64,000 nt of DNA from Candidatus Thorarchaeota archaeon (GCA_048884965.1 JBHLQH010000004.1:96001-160000); one strand, 5' to 3'; counted from the stretch's first letter, positions 28,587 to 39,074 are shown. Numbers and translations are program-made. Notes: generated by a model not told the origin, from the letters alone.

Positions 28587-31500
28587 TTACTTCTTTTTCC
28601 GTTGTGCTGGCTTGCCAGCTGCTCTACGATTCATGATGAATTTAGCTAGCAAAAATCCTAGAATTACTGTCCCAGCTCCAATAAAGAAACCATAGGATGA
28701 CATGATAGTACTGAAGCTCTCTGCTATTGCACCAATTAGATCGGGATTAGCTACTTCATACATTATTTCTATACGGAGCACATTACCTGCATAGTCTTCT
28801 GCTTCGAAGGCAATGGTGTGCTCACCATTCTCTACTTGGGTCGTATCCCATGAAACAGTATCGTTGACACCATCTTCTGTTGTAACAAAACTGCCGTCTA
28901 CATAGAAACGAACCTGTTCAATTCCACTTCCTGCATCATAACCTGAAATTGAGAATGTAACAAGTCCTTTTACAATTGCTCCTTCAGTAGGCCCATTGAG
29001 GCTTAGTGAAGGATTGTCAGTATCACCAACATTGTACTCCAGTGGCTCAGCATCTGAACCTATGTAAGTTGCTTGGTCATAGATATCGTATGCAACCACA
29101 TAGTACAGTACTGTATTCCAATAGTCTTGTGCTGGAATAACTCCTGTATATACTGGACCATTATTACCCATCTCAAGAGAGATCCAAGCTTGACTCAAGA
29201 TCAATGATGGCGGCGCCGTGTATGGTTCGACGGCATAAAATAGTGTCACGTTCTTAATGTTAGATACATCTAGCACTGTGACAGAAACAGTGGTATCTTC
29301 TCCGTAGTCGGGTTGACTGGGATTTAGCATGAGCGAATAGACAAGAGGTGAATGAACATCATTTTGAACATTCACTAATACAGAATCCTCACTCATGAGT
29401 CCTTCATTATCAAACGCCACTACTGAAATGGTATGTGTACCGTTAGAAACAGATCGTGAGTCCCACATGAATGAATATGGTGAGGTTGTGTCATTATATA
29501 CAGAGGTCGAATCGATCAGGTACTCAACTCTTTCAATGCCACTGCCAATGTCACTTGCTGAAGCATTGATAAATGTTGAATCTACAATCATGCTTGCGTC
29601 AGAAGGAGTATCTAATGTCACCGATGGATTGATGTCATCACCCACGATGAAATTGTAGTCATTTCCTCCATTATCGCTAACTGTAAGGTGCCCCGCATAG
29701 TCTGCTATTGTAGCAAAATAGTCTACTGATGTACCCCATGGAAGCGTAGGAATTGTTGCCGTCCAGTGTGAGAACTGATAAGAAGCTGGTACTGAAAGCC
29801 AACCAGACCCTGAGTTGTAGTATACCAAAACCTCTTCAACACCGGCTCTATTGTCGTCCGCGTTTATGTTCACTGTGGTTGGTGAGTGATAGACGGGAGT
29901 GACTACTACTGGTATTCCTGTTGGTGATACAGAATCGGTAATGGTCACATCATCGAAAAGGATAGAGGTCTTCCCCGTTCCATCTGAATACACCCAAAGT
30001 TGAATCGATGTTACATTCCAAGAGTTGGCACCAAAACCAGCTTCGGCATCACTTGCGAGATATCTTACTGTGTGAATCCATGTTGATGTGGTATTCACTT
30101 CTGGTACGATGTAATATACCTCATTCGATTGATTTGTAAGTGACAGCCCAGAGTCGAGTGCAAGATAGTAATATGCATAGTAATACCCTTCGAAAGTAAC
30201 TTCCACGTATGCAAACCCATTGATTGAAGATGTGAATTCATCCAAGCGCCACCAAAAGTCAATACATCCCCCTGAATCCAATTGGTATCTGAGATCTCGA
30301 GTTAGTCTGGCTGATTCACCAGCAGCTGGTGTTATGTTCGCTGCCCAATTACCACTATGTGAATCATGAGTGTGATTGAAATTCGACTGAGTGCCAAAAT
30401 TGTTCCACCCTGGAATTTCATATGTTGTGGATCTTCCATCTGCTTCCATTTCAAAGCCAGGATCACCAGTTGGATAGCAAATTACGCGTAAAGAATCAAT
30501 CAAGATTTCAGCTGTGGCATTTGAATATCCTTGAGTATATGTATACAACTCATAACTATAGACTCCAATATCCGTAAAACCAATTTCGTTCACAAAATCA
30601 TAGAGATCTATGTGGAAGTGATTCCATTCTCCTCTGGAACCAAACCCTGGTGCTTCTAGGTAGTAATATGAATAGGTCGGTTGAGAATAATTCCCTCCTA
30701 TACTGGCGTTCATATTGTTGCCAAAATAATAGCTCACCGATGACCAATATGTATCATTGCTGAAATAGATGCTCAAATAACTTGATTGACTAAGTCCATT
30801 GAAAGTGTCCTGATACTTCCAATCAAAATCAAAAAGCAAGATATCAGGAGCGTATGGAGTTATTCCAAGTGGATTGCCTAGATCTTGATGAATCCAAGCA
30901 CTGCTATAGGATCCATCTACCGTACTAGAAGCAGTAAGGTTGAGTGCTTTCGCACCGTGGATACTGTCACTTGATAAAGAAACATAGCTCTCATCGGTTT
31001 GACCACTCGACCCCCAATATCCTCCATCCCCAGTTTCAAAGTTGCCATTTCTCGATTGTAGATAATCATACGCGGTGGCATTAGTTACAGAGACATCATC
31101 GATAATAGCTTCTGAAATTCCACCTGAATTCGTTTGAGAATAAACTTGGAACTGTAATTGAGTGATATAGAGATTGCCTGATGCTGACCATCCAGGTCTA
31201 GCATTGAAATCATCAAACAGATTCTGATTGAAGTGATTCCACTGTAGCATGGATTCATTTAGTAGATATCTAGTGGTAATGGACGAATTTGAGCCAAAGC
31301 TATTACCAGCGGCTAGATAATAGACGATATAGTAGTATGATCCATTATAAAACTCGACCGAGAAGAAACAAGAACTACCTACTGAAATATCAGGAATAGC
31401 AACGGTATACCACCAGAATTCGAGCTCAAGGCTTTCATCTATATTTGCTGATAGCCCACCAGGGTATTGAAGTAGGTTTGCGTAGCTGTCAGAAAACTCG

Positions 31501-31832
31501 GACCCTTGTGCTTGAATCCTACCCGAATAAGAACCGTTTGCTACAAAATCTTGGTATGTATCATTTGATCTAGACCAAGTAGTGTGGTAATAATCCCAGC
31601 CTTGAGGTCCGCCAAAATCGTCGGATTCCTCAAAATCCCAATTCCGTTTGAGTACATTGAGACTGTCGTCAGCAACATTCGCAGCGGAAGTTACTATTCC
31701 TGACCCTTCATGCTCAATTGGATTATAAATCACATTCTGATCTGCAACCATCACTATTTCTGGTGAAATTAAAAGAGGACCAAGAAATAGAAAGACGATT
31801 AGTACAGTTACGTACGTCTTTGACATATGCAT
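28587..31832 (-). CDS. Large cell-surface glycoprotein with repeated carbohydrate-binding-like beta-sandwich domains, Ig-like domains and a C-terminal TM anchor
   Basis: Signal peptide; three N/D.(G)FE...W...(I/F)DD repeats; WDSRSVSNGTHTI / WDTTQVENGEHTI Big-type Ig repeats; many NxS/T sequons; TM helix + basic tail. Confidence 0.85.
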   Translation of the reverse strand: MHMSKTYVTVLIVFLFLGPLLISPEIVMVADQNVIYNPIEHEGSGIVTSAANVADDSLNVLKRNWDFEESDDFGGPQGWDYYHTTWSRSNDTYQDFVANGSYSGRIQAQGSEFSDSYANLLQYPGGLSANIDESLELEFWWYTVAIPDISVGSSCFFSVEFYNGSYYYIVYYLAAGNSFGSNSSITTRYLLNESMLQWNHFNQNLFDDFNARPGWSASGNLYITQLQFQVYSQTNSGGISEAIIDDVSVTNATAYDYLQSRNGNFETGDGGYWGSSGQTDESYVSLSSDSIHGAKALNLTASSTVDGSYSSAWIHQDLGNPLGITPYAPDILLFDFDWKYQDTFNGLSQSSYLSIYFSNDTYWSSVSYYFGNNMNASIGGNYSQPTYSYYYLEAPGFGSRGEWNHFHIDLYDFVNEIGFTDIGVYSYELYTYTQGYSNATAEILIDSLRVICYPTGDPGFEMEADGRSTTYEIPGWNNFGTQSNFNHTHDSHSGNWAANITPAAGESARLTRDLRYQLDSGGCIDFWWRLDEFTSSINGFAYVEVTFEGYYYAYYYLALDSGLSLTNQSNEVYYIVPEVNTTSTWIHTVRYLASDAEAGFGANSWNVTSIQLWVYSDGTGKTSILFDDVTITDSVSPTGIPVVVTPVYHSPTTVNINADDNRAGVEEVLVYYNSGSGWLSVPASYQFSHWTATIPTLPWGTSVDYFATIADYAGHLTVSDNGGNDYNFIVGDDINPSVTLDTPSDASMIVDSTFINASASDIGSGIERVEYLIDSTSVYNDTTSPYSFMWDSRSVSNGTHTISVVAFDNEGLMSEDSVLVNVQNDVHSPLVYSLMLNPSQPDYGEDTTVSVTVLDVSNIKNVTLFYAVEPYTAPPSLILSQAWISLEMGNNGPVYTGVIPAQDYWNTVLYYVVAYDIYDQATYIGSDAEPLEYNVGDTDNPSLSLNGPTEGAIVKGLVTFSISGYDAGSGIEQVRFYVDGSFVTTEDGVNDTVSWDTTQVENGEHTIAFEAEDYAGNVLRIEIMYEVANPDLIGAIAESFSTIMSSYGFFIGAGTVILGFLLAKFIMNRRAAGKPAQRKKK

Positions 31833-31992
31833 TCTCTCCTAAATCTCAAAGCGAATTTTGAAACTATAAAATGGTGCTTAGGTTTGGAATAAACCAGTAT
31901 AACTGTTTTGCATATCTTAGATTATGTAACCTTATCATTATATTCATAAGTTTTCAAAATAAACGATTGTTAAAATAGGGAGAGCCAATCAG

Positions 31993-32919
31993 ATGATTCA
32001 GGAATTGGAAAATCAGATAGTTGATGTAGTAAAGGAAGTCGTCCCTAGTGTCGTTAGTGTCACGACAACGAAGTTGCAGAGAGTCCAATTTTCTCAAGTG
32101 GTACCAGTTAAAGGTCAAGGGTCTGGAGTCATTGTCAGTAAAGACGGTTTCATTATTACAAACGCTCATGTCATTGAAGGCGTTCAGGATGTTGATGTTG
32201 CGCTACATGATGGTCGTACTTACAAAGCAGTGGTAGTCGGCGAGTCAAGAGTTAGGGATATGGCAGTGCTCAAGATTGATGCCGATAATCTGAATCCATT
32301 AGAGATAGGAAAGTCAAGTGATCTGAGTGTAGGGCAATTCGCCATAGCTGTCGGGAATCCCCTAGGTCTTGGATCGACAGTTACATTTGGCATGGTCAGC
32401 GCACTTGAACGAAATATTGGGGGAAGAGGAGTGCATTTAGAGGGGCTGATTCAGACATCAGCACAAATCAACCCTGGAAATTCAGGAGGCGCATTAGTGG
32501 ACCTGCGAGGGCGATTGATCGGAATTCCGACGGCAATGGTTCCATGGTCCCAAGGAATTGGTTTCGCAATAGCAATTGACCAAGTAATGGAGATCTACGA
32601 AGAACTAATCCAGACAGGAACTGTGAAGACACCTTGGATGGGAATTATGGGAGTCACACTGAATAGAGCAATTGCAGCAAATTACGGGATTTCAATTGAG
32701 AGAGGAGCACTTCTGGTTGAGATACCTCGAGGACCAGCTTCTAAGGCGGGATTGAAACCTGGCGATGTCATTGTTGCCGTAGATGACCAAGAAATTGATG
32801 GAATGGAACAGATAAGAAGCGTCATTCTCTCAAAGAAGGTCGGAGACAAGATTCGTGTAACATTCAAACGTAGAATGGATACATTCGAAGTCTATACAGA
32901 GCTGATAGCTGCACCATGA
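31993..32919 (+). CDS. HtrA/DegP-like S1C serine protease with a PDZ domain and no signal peptide
   Basis: GSGVI, TNAHV, DMAVLKI, INPGNSGGAL, GPASKAGLKPGDVI. Confidence 0.95.
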   Translation: MIQELENQIVDVVKEVVPSVVSVTTTKLQRVQFSQVVPVKGQGSGVIVSKDGFIITNAHVIEGVQDVDVALHDGRTYKAVVVGESRVRDMAVLKIDADNLNPLEIGKSSDLSVGQFAIAVGNPLGLGSTVTFGMVSALERNIGGRGVHLEGLIQTSAQINPGNSGGALVDLRGRLIGIPTAMVPWSQGIGFAIAIDQVMEIYEELIQTGTVKTPWMGIMGVTLNRAIAANYGISIERGALLVEIPRGPASKAGLKPGDVIVAVDDQEIDGMEQIRSVILSKKVGDKIRVTFKRRMDTFEVYTELIAAP

Positions 32920-33858
32920 TCAAATACCTATCACGACGAGAATTGCACCAATGATGGTAGCCAACACTCCAAATGCCGCCAGTCTGGTGAGTCTTTCCTT
33001 AAGATAGAATACTGAAATAGGAACTGCCCATAATGGAGCAGTTGATGCGAGAACAGAAGCAATCGCGGCACCTGCATACTTTACCCCTGTAACGTAGAAG
33101 ATTGAACCAATGGCCATGCCAAAGAGACCTGCAATTGCTACAAGCTTAGTTGCTTTCCGAGTTGGTATAGGCATGCCTTTGACTCTGGCGACTAAGACCA
33201 TAGGAACAAAGGCTATTGATCCAACCACCATCCGGATGAAGTTTGCTGAAAGAGCGTCTACTCCTTCAACCCCAATCTGGAGAATGGTAGTTCCTGTAGC
33301 ATAGAGGACTGCAGTTAGAATGGCAAGAGATATTCCGATCCAATCGATTCTTCGAATCTCTGCTGATTCCCATTTGTCATTTGCATCACTTTCTTGTTCC
33401 AGTGCAAGAATGATTATTCCTGCCACTGCGATGAATACACCTATCAATCTGCTAAGAAGAAGAGGCTCTCCAAGAAAAATCACAGTCAAGAAATAGGTCA
33501 ATATTGGAAATGACATGGCAATAGGGAATGCATATGATACTCCGATTCGCTCTTGGCTTATCAAATAGAATGTATCTCCAATCACTGCTCCTAAGATAAC
33601 CGATCCAGAGAGATACAGGACTTGATCAAACCCGACAGCAAGGGGATTGATGCCCAGCGGGATCAGCGCCAGTAGAAGCATGAAACCGAGAGCAACCCAC
33701 ATTTTGATGGAGGCAATAGCCAAGGGACGAATCTCTTTGCTCTGTGACCTGTAGGCAACAACAGAGAATGCGTACAGTGCTGCTCCAAAAAGGATTGAAA
33801 CACTTCCGAATATGATGTCAGGTGTGAGCTGCATAAACGAGGTTGTTTGTAGCCTCAT
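32920..33858 (-). CDS. EamA/DMT-family transporter
   Basis: 10 TM segments in two repeats, ..FLGEPL / YLKERL motifs; real start probably 33858 or 33834 rather than 34074. Confidence 0.88.
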   Translation of the reverse strand: MRLQTTSFMQLTPDIIFGSVSILFGAALYAFSVVAYRSQSKEIRPLAIASIKMWVALGFMLLLALIPLGINPLAVGFDQVLYLSGSVILGAVIGDTFYLISQERIGVSYAFPIAMSFPILTYFLTVIFLGEPLLLSRLIGVFIAVAGIIILALEQESDANDKWESAEIRRIDWIGISLAILTAVLYATGTTILQIGVEGVDALSANFIRMVVGSIAFVPMVLVARVKGMPIPTRKATKLVAIAGLFGMAIGSIFYVTGVKYAGAAIASVLASTAPLWAVPISVFYLKERLTRLAAFGVLATIIGAILVVIGI

Positions 33859-34099
33859 TAAGACCTTATCGTAAGAGGCTATTATCATGTATAACGATGT
33901 CAATTGCCTGAAAAACAATTGGCATAGTAACAAATTCTTATATTCAAGAGATAGAACCCAGCTGATGATTGAGTTCGTTCCTGGAAGTGTACCTCTCAAC
34001 TCAATAATTCCGAGCGAGTGAAACTTATCGAAGTTCAATTCCAGACTAGTCCTCAATATTATATAGTAAACCAACTACAACCATAGGAGGTAAGACCAG

Positions 34100-35092
34100 A
34101 TGTCAAGAAATGCTGTCGAGGTTGAAGACCTATCAAAGACCTTCGTTAGTGTACATAGGAGAGCTATCGTTATTCCTGTGAACAAAGAGAAAGTAGAGGC
34201 TCTCAAGAATGTGACTCTTGACATTCCTAAAGGACAGGTCTATGGACTTCTTGGACCAAATGGAGCTGGCAAGACAACGCTAATCAAATGCCTTGCAACT
34301 CTTGTCCTTCCAAGCTCTGGAACAGCTCGTGTGAATGGATATGATGTACTAAAGGAGTCAACCTACGCACGCGCCTCAATGGGCGTATGTCAGGGTAATG
34401 AACGGTCAATCTACTGGAAGCTCTCAGCGCGAGAGAATATGATATTCTTCGCAAAGCTCTATAGAATGACCCATAACGAAGCGAAGGAGCGAGCAGATGA
34501 GCTACTTGGAAGAATGGGACTTCTTGAAAAAGCAGATGAGAAGACAGAAAATCTGAGCCATGGCATGAGGATGAAAATAGTCTTTGCACGAGCTCTTATT
34601 CATGAACCTCCTGTGCTGTTGCTCGATGAGCCTACGCAAGGTCTAGACCCAACATTCGCGACTGATCTGCGAACGTTCATGCGAAATGAGCTCAAGGACA
34701 AGACCATCCTTTTGACAACGCACTATATGTACGAGGCTGACATGCTGTCTGACAAGATCGCCCTCATCAATGAAGGTGAGATTAAGATGTTCGGAACACC
34801 TCACGAACTCAAGGAGGGTGTTCGAGACTATGATAGCATTCACATTAGAGTGCTGGGAAATGTTGAGCTTGAGCCCATTCGTGCACTAGATAATGTGCTA
34901 TCAGCAGCCATGACAGAGCACAATGGACACTCAGAGTTGGTTGTTACAGCGAGTGATGGCTATGATATGGCACATCATCTCCTGAATAGACTTCATCAAA
35001 CTGCAGGAGTGAAGGTTGAGCATTTTGAGGTAAAGGAACCGACTCTTGATGATGTCTTCCTCAAACTAACTGGACGGAGGATCGAGGACTAG
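34100..35092 (+). CDS. ABC-2 (DrrA-like) exporter ATP-binding subunit
   Basis: GPNGAGKTT, LSHGM, LLLDEPT, TTHYM, EPTLDDVFLKLTG; GGAGGT SD. Confidence 0.95.
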   Translation: MSRNAVEVEDLSKTFVSVHRRAIVIPVNKEKVEALKNVTLDIPKGQVYGLLGPNGAGKTTLIKCLATLVLPSSGTARVNGYDVLKESTYARASMGVCQGNERSIYWKLSARENMIFFAKLYRMTHNEAKERADELLGRMGLLEKADEKTENLSHGMRMKIVFARALIHEPPVLLLDEPTQGLDPTFATDLRTFMRNELKDKTILLTTHYMYEADMLSDKIALINEGEIKMFGTPHELKEGVRDYDSIHIRVLGNVELEPIRALDNVLSAAMTEHNGHSELVVTASDGYDMAHHLLNRLHQTAGVKVEHFEVKEPTLDDVFLKLTGRRIED

Positions 35093-35991
35093 TGCAGACC
35101 AGTGAAGGAACCACGACTGATGAGAGAGTAGTAGAGTCAGAGTATCTGAGGACCTTCAGCCCAAGAATCATGGACTGGCAAGCCGCATTTGTATTCGCGA
35201 AGAAGAACCTTCGAATTGCACTCAGATATCCTGCAAATGTCCTAATTTGGGGATTCCTACCTATTCTATGGTTCACACCTTTTATCCTAATGTTCAATGC
35301 ACTAGCTGGAGCAGGTTCAAGCACGAGCTTTACCGAGTTAGCTGGCTTCAGTGACTTCATTCAATTCAGTATAATCGGATGGTTCGTGTACATGTGGTTG
35401 GATGCTAGTATCTGGTCGATAGGTAACAACTTCAGATGGGAGCAGTTCAGTGGGACACTGGAACCACTTTTCCTAACACCTGTATCGCGTATCAGCATTC
35501 TCATAGGAGCAGCGCTTTCTGATACTGTGTTCATCTCGTTGCAAACTATCATCTTGCTCACACTTGCGACATTGATCTTCGGAGTCTCATATAGTATTGT
35601 AGCAATCATTCCAACGATTCTGATTCTTCTGATGATGGTCATCGCACTCTATGGATTCAGCTTCATGATTGCTGGACTAATTATGGTATTCAAGGACCCC
35701 AGTGTACTTACGCAACTTATCTCGCAATCGACTTATACTATCTCTCCAGTGAACTATCCGCTCCAGGCACTACCATCACAAGTTAGATTCGTTGCATACA
35801 TCATCCCGACGACCATTGGCATCGTCACGGTAAGGCAGATCGCAATCACAGGTCTGTTCGATATATTCAGCTTCTTGATCTCAATTGGCTCTCTTGGAAT
35901 CTTGGCAGTAGTTCTTTGGACCTTCGGCATCCTATCATTCCGATATGCAGAACGATGGACAAAGGAAAGAGGAAGTATGGGAGGCTTCTAG
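35092..35991 (+). CDS. ABC-2 type permease
   Basis: WEQFSGTLEPLFLTP, YPLQALP; 6 TM segments. Confidence 0.9.
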   Translation: MQTSEGTTTDERVVESEYLRTFSPRIMDWQAAFVFAKKNLRIALRYPANVLIWGFLPILWFTPFILMFNALAGAGSSTSFTELAGFSDFIQFSIIGWFVYMWLDASIWSIGNNFRWEQFSGTLEPLFLTPVSRISILIGAALSDTVFISLQTIILLTLATLIFGVSYSIVAIIPTILILLMMVIALYGFSFMIAGLIMVFKDPSVLTQLISQSTYTISPVNYPLQALPSQVRFVAYIIPTTIGIVTVRQIAITGLFDIFSFLISIGSLGILAVVLWTFGILSFRYAERWTKERGSMGGF

Positions 35992-35992
35992 G

Positions 35993-36865
35993 ATGACTGA
36001 AACAGAATCATTCTTCGATAAGACATGGATGCGAAAAGGTCTCAGATCAGAGCTAAGAGCTGCAAATGCTCTTGCTGTTAAACAATGGAAGGAAGAGCTA
36101 AGCTATCCATTGAGCGTGTTATGGTTCATCGTGATGCCTTTCCTTTGGTTCATCCCCTATTTGATAGCTGGCACGGCAATAAGCGGCGGACCTGAGTCAG
36201 CAGCTCTTGCCGAACTAGTAGGTACAGGAGACTGGTTGACCTTCATCGCCTTAGGCAGTGCATATACTGGCCTTGCTATCAGCTTGATGTGGGGTTCTGG
36301 CTTTGCATTGCGTAGGGAGCAGAATGCTGGAACTCTCGAGACCCTAATGACAACGCCAATGCGCCGCGAAACTCTAGTCTGGGGAGCAATGCTCCATAAT
36401 CTACAGCATGGAGGGCTTGGAGTTGTATTGCAACTTGGAGCTTCAATCCTTCTCTTCGGTGTTTCGTTGAATATTTGGGGAGTGCTTCCTGCACTGGCAG
36501 TGATTGGACTATCTATCATTGCAATGCAAGGATTAGTCTTCACAGTGGTGTGTATCGTTCTTGTTGCAAAGCAAGGTTGGATGATCATCGAGTTGATGTC
36601 AAGTACATTATTACTTGTTGCACCGATGACCTATCCAATTGCAGTCCTACCACCACTGCTCCAATATGTATCGCTAGCATCACCATTGACCTGGACAGTG
36701 GAGGGATTTCGAGGATTTCTAATGCAGGGTCTGGGGTATAGCGGAGTAGTGACTGCCATCACTGCTCTAATCATTCTCGATGTTGTGTTCCTCGTGCTGG
36801 GGATGTTGCTTTTCCGTGTTACTGAGAAGCAGGTCAGGTCTCGTGGAGCTCTGTCACAATTCTAA
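35993..36865 (+). CDS. ABC-2 type permease (second subunit)
   Basis: REQNAGTLETLMTTP, YPIAVLP; start taken as the ATG directly after the previous stop. Confidence 0.9.
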   Translation: MTETESFFDKTWMRKGLRSELRAANALAVKQWKEELSYPLSVLWFIVMPFLWFIPYLIAGTAISGGPESAALAELVGTGDWLTFIALGSAYTGLAISLMWGSGFALRREQNAGTLETLMTTPMRRETLVWGAMLHNLQHGGLGVVLQLGASILLFGVSLNIWGVLPALAVIGLSIIAMQGLVFTVVCIVLVAKQGWMIIELMSSTLLLVAPMTYPIAVLPPLLQYVSLASPLTWTVEGFRGFLMQGLGYSGVVTAITALIILDVVFLVLGMLLFRVTEKQVRSRGALSQF

Positions 36866-36867
36866 AG

Positions 36868-36891
36868 AGGAGGGGAAAAGGTCCCCCTCCT
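36868..36891. terminator. Inverted repeat between convergent genes
   Basis: AGGAGGGG-N8-CCCCTCCT; no T-tract. Confidence 0.45.
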
Positions 36892-36897
36892 ACTGCC

Positions 36898-38808
36898 TCA
36901 TTCCGTTTTTCGTTTCACATGCCTAAAGAGATAGATGAATACACCGACTCCGCCCACTGCAACTATAGGAACAGCCAGAACAACTCCAAGGAGCATGTCT
37001 GCGGCTGGTGCAGCATCAGTATACACTGGTGGATATGGTGTAGCAGTGGCGTAGGTTGCGGGAGCATCAAAGTATGTGGCAAGTTCGCCAGTTTGCTCTT
37101 CAGCCTCTGATAGAACTTCGGTGACTAAGATCATACCAGTATAACCCTCAACCACAAGCCCATATTGTACTCCCAAAGCTGATATTTGCTCTCGCAACTC
37201 ATTCGTATTGCCCTCAAGTCGGACCTGTAGTAGCAACCATGATATGCGCTGCTGCGCCCAAATCCTCTCAACATGACTATTCTCGCTTCCAGCCAGTCCA
37301 GCAGAGTTGGAGTAGGTTTCACTTCCTGAAAGGTAATCCACCGTTGTTGAGATTGAGATGCTAGATAGGTATCGACCAGAAATTACAACCTCACTCCCAT
37401 TGAAGAAAGGTGCACCCCCAGTAGGTTGCATACTTGAGTAATCCAGTGCACCATCGACATAGATGGTATAGCCACTGGCAACAGGCTTGGACCATATCTT
37501 GTAAAAATCAAGTAATTTTGTCACAGCATCATCATCAGGATGAATTAGCTCAAAGAAACCACTATTCTGTGATGCCACATTTGCCATAAGTGTTTCATCA
37601 GCATCAGTACCAAAGGAAATGGTAGAGATTGAAACTCCCTTAGAATTTGTCTCCTGAATTGCTGAAAGAATCGCATCACTACTTGTGGATTCTCCGCATG
37701 TTGGCAATCCATCAGAAAGGATGAGCATCGCTTTCGTGTATGAACCATCAGTAAAGGTTTCCAGACCAGTTACACCAGCGCCATAGAAATTCGTTGAGCC
37801 ATCTGCGGATAGACCGTTCACCCAGTTCTTTGCGAACCACTTATTCAGATCCGATGCTGCATATGGTTCAAGCCAGAGAGTTGAGACCTCAGTGGAGAAT
37901 GCTACCACATTGAAGATATCATTCTCATTCATATCGTCAATCATTGAGCAAAATGCTTCCTTTGCTTGGGAAATCTTTGTTCCTGACATAGAGCCAGACC
38001 TATCAAGCACAAAGACATATTCTCGAGGACATACTTCGCTCGAAGTAGAAATTTGAGGTGCAAGCAGATAAGCAAAGAAATTCTGTGTTCCATTATAGTA
38101 GGTCAATAACTGACTTCCACCTTCCTGACGAGATAGCGCATATGTAAGAGAAAGAGATAGTGGTATTGAAACACTGGTGCCTGAATATTGGATACGAATA
38201 CCTGCTGAGATGTCAGTGATAATGACTGACTCCAATCCAGCAACTGCATAGCCAGAGATACCCCCATACTGCGACGTTACTGTAACGTCTACATCGAAAT
38301 CAGCAAGCATTCCTTCGGATGGTGCGAGAGGGATGTCAATGTGATAGAGACCTGTTCTTCTAGTCAACAGACCCTCAATAAAAACTTGCAAGGAGGCGAA
38401 TGTTCCATTTGCCACATTGAATCTCAATGAGTAGCCTCCATAGCTACGTGTAACAAGGACAGCGGTATGCCCAGCTTCAACCTCCTCCTCGTAGGTTTCA
38501 ATTGCTTCCTGCTCGACAATTACACGTCCCCAATATATCGAACCATTGAGGAGTATGGAGATATTGCTTAGACGTAGTCCTTCTTGAAGGCCAAAGAACC
38601 AGTTGACCTCCTTACTTTCACTCGATCCAGTATTGTCAAAAGTAAATTCATAGGTCATGTTGGCATAGTTATCAGCAATTGAACCCCGAACTGCTATACT
38701 TGAAGGCCCAAGGAAAGTTGTTTGCCCAGCAACTGGCAGTGATATGAAATTGCTGCACATCAATACAAATACAATCGCGAATCCCATTACACGATAGAAC
38801 GACTTCAG
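36898..38808 (-). CDS. Secreted VIT + vWA domain protein (ITIH-like) with a C-terminal TM anchor
   Basis: N-terminal VIT-like region; FVLDRSGSM MIDAS, GSTN, ILSDG; VERIWAQQRI; TM helix + RHVKRK; start CTG 38808 or ATG 38787. Confidence 0.88.
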   Translation of the reverse strand: MKSFYRVMGFAIVFVLMCSNFISLPVAGQTTFLGPSSIAVRGSIADNYANMTYEFTFDNTGSSESKEVNWFFGLQEGLRLSNISILLNGSIYWGRVIVEQEAIETYEEEVEAGHTAVLVTRSYGGYSLRFNVANGTFASLQVFIEGLLTRRTGLYHIDIPLAPSEGMLADFDVDVTVTSQYGGISGYAVAGLESVIITDISAGIRIQYSGTSVSIPLSLSLTYALSRQEGGSQLLTYYNGTQNFFAYLLAPQISTSSEVCPREYVFVLDRSGSMSGTKISQAKEAFCSMIDDMNENDIFNVVAFSTEVSTLWLEPYAASDLNKWFAKNWVNGLSADGSTNFYGAGVTGLETFTDGSYTKAMLILSDGLPTCGESTSSDAILSAIQETNSKGVSISTISFGTDADETLMANVASQNSGFFELIHPDDDAVTKLLDFYKIWSKPVASGYTIYVDGALDYSSMQPTGGAPFFNGSEVVISGRYLSSISISTTVDYLSGSETYSNSAGLAGSENSHVERIWAQQRISWLLLQVRLEGNTNELREQISALGVQYGLVVEGYTGMILVTEVLSEAEEQTGELATYFDAPATYATATPYPPVYTDAAPAADMLLGVVLAVPIVAVGGVGVFIYLFRHVKRKTE

Positions 38809-38952
38809 CTAAATCAACCCCCAAATATAGATAGCACACTGAATCATATTTCATCTGGTGCATTTTGCAACACATTGACTGCGTTGAAAATTCACGCATG
38901 ATCCTGTGACTGTCGTATTTTCTATTGATTAATTTGATATTGATTCTAATCA

Positions 38953-39000
38953 TGGAACATTTGGTTCAAGTTTTGGAACCACTTGTTCAAGAGTTGGAAC
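38953..39000. promoter_or_regulatory. 21-bp-period array of TGGAAC-N5-GTTCAA sites in a divergent intergenic region
   Basis: TGGAAC at 38953, 38974 and 38995; GTTCAAG at 38964 and 38985. Confidence 0.6.
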
Positions 39001-39074
39001 ATGCAAATCCAGTTACGTCAGTGTGAATACTTATCAAGTTGTTACGATGCCAATGTCTATTCGAGGGTATCATA

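Noticed and set aside
33859-34074. N-terminal extension of the EamA ORF to 34074
   Set aside because: Non-family sequence covering the divergent promoter region; the real start is likely 33858 or 33834.
38953-39000. Mini-CRISPR or LexA SOS box
   Set aside because: The period of 21 bp leaves no unique spacers and there are no cas genes; the spacer is N5 rather than the N4 of the Gram-positive SOS box.
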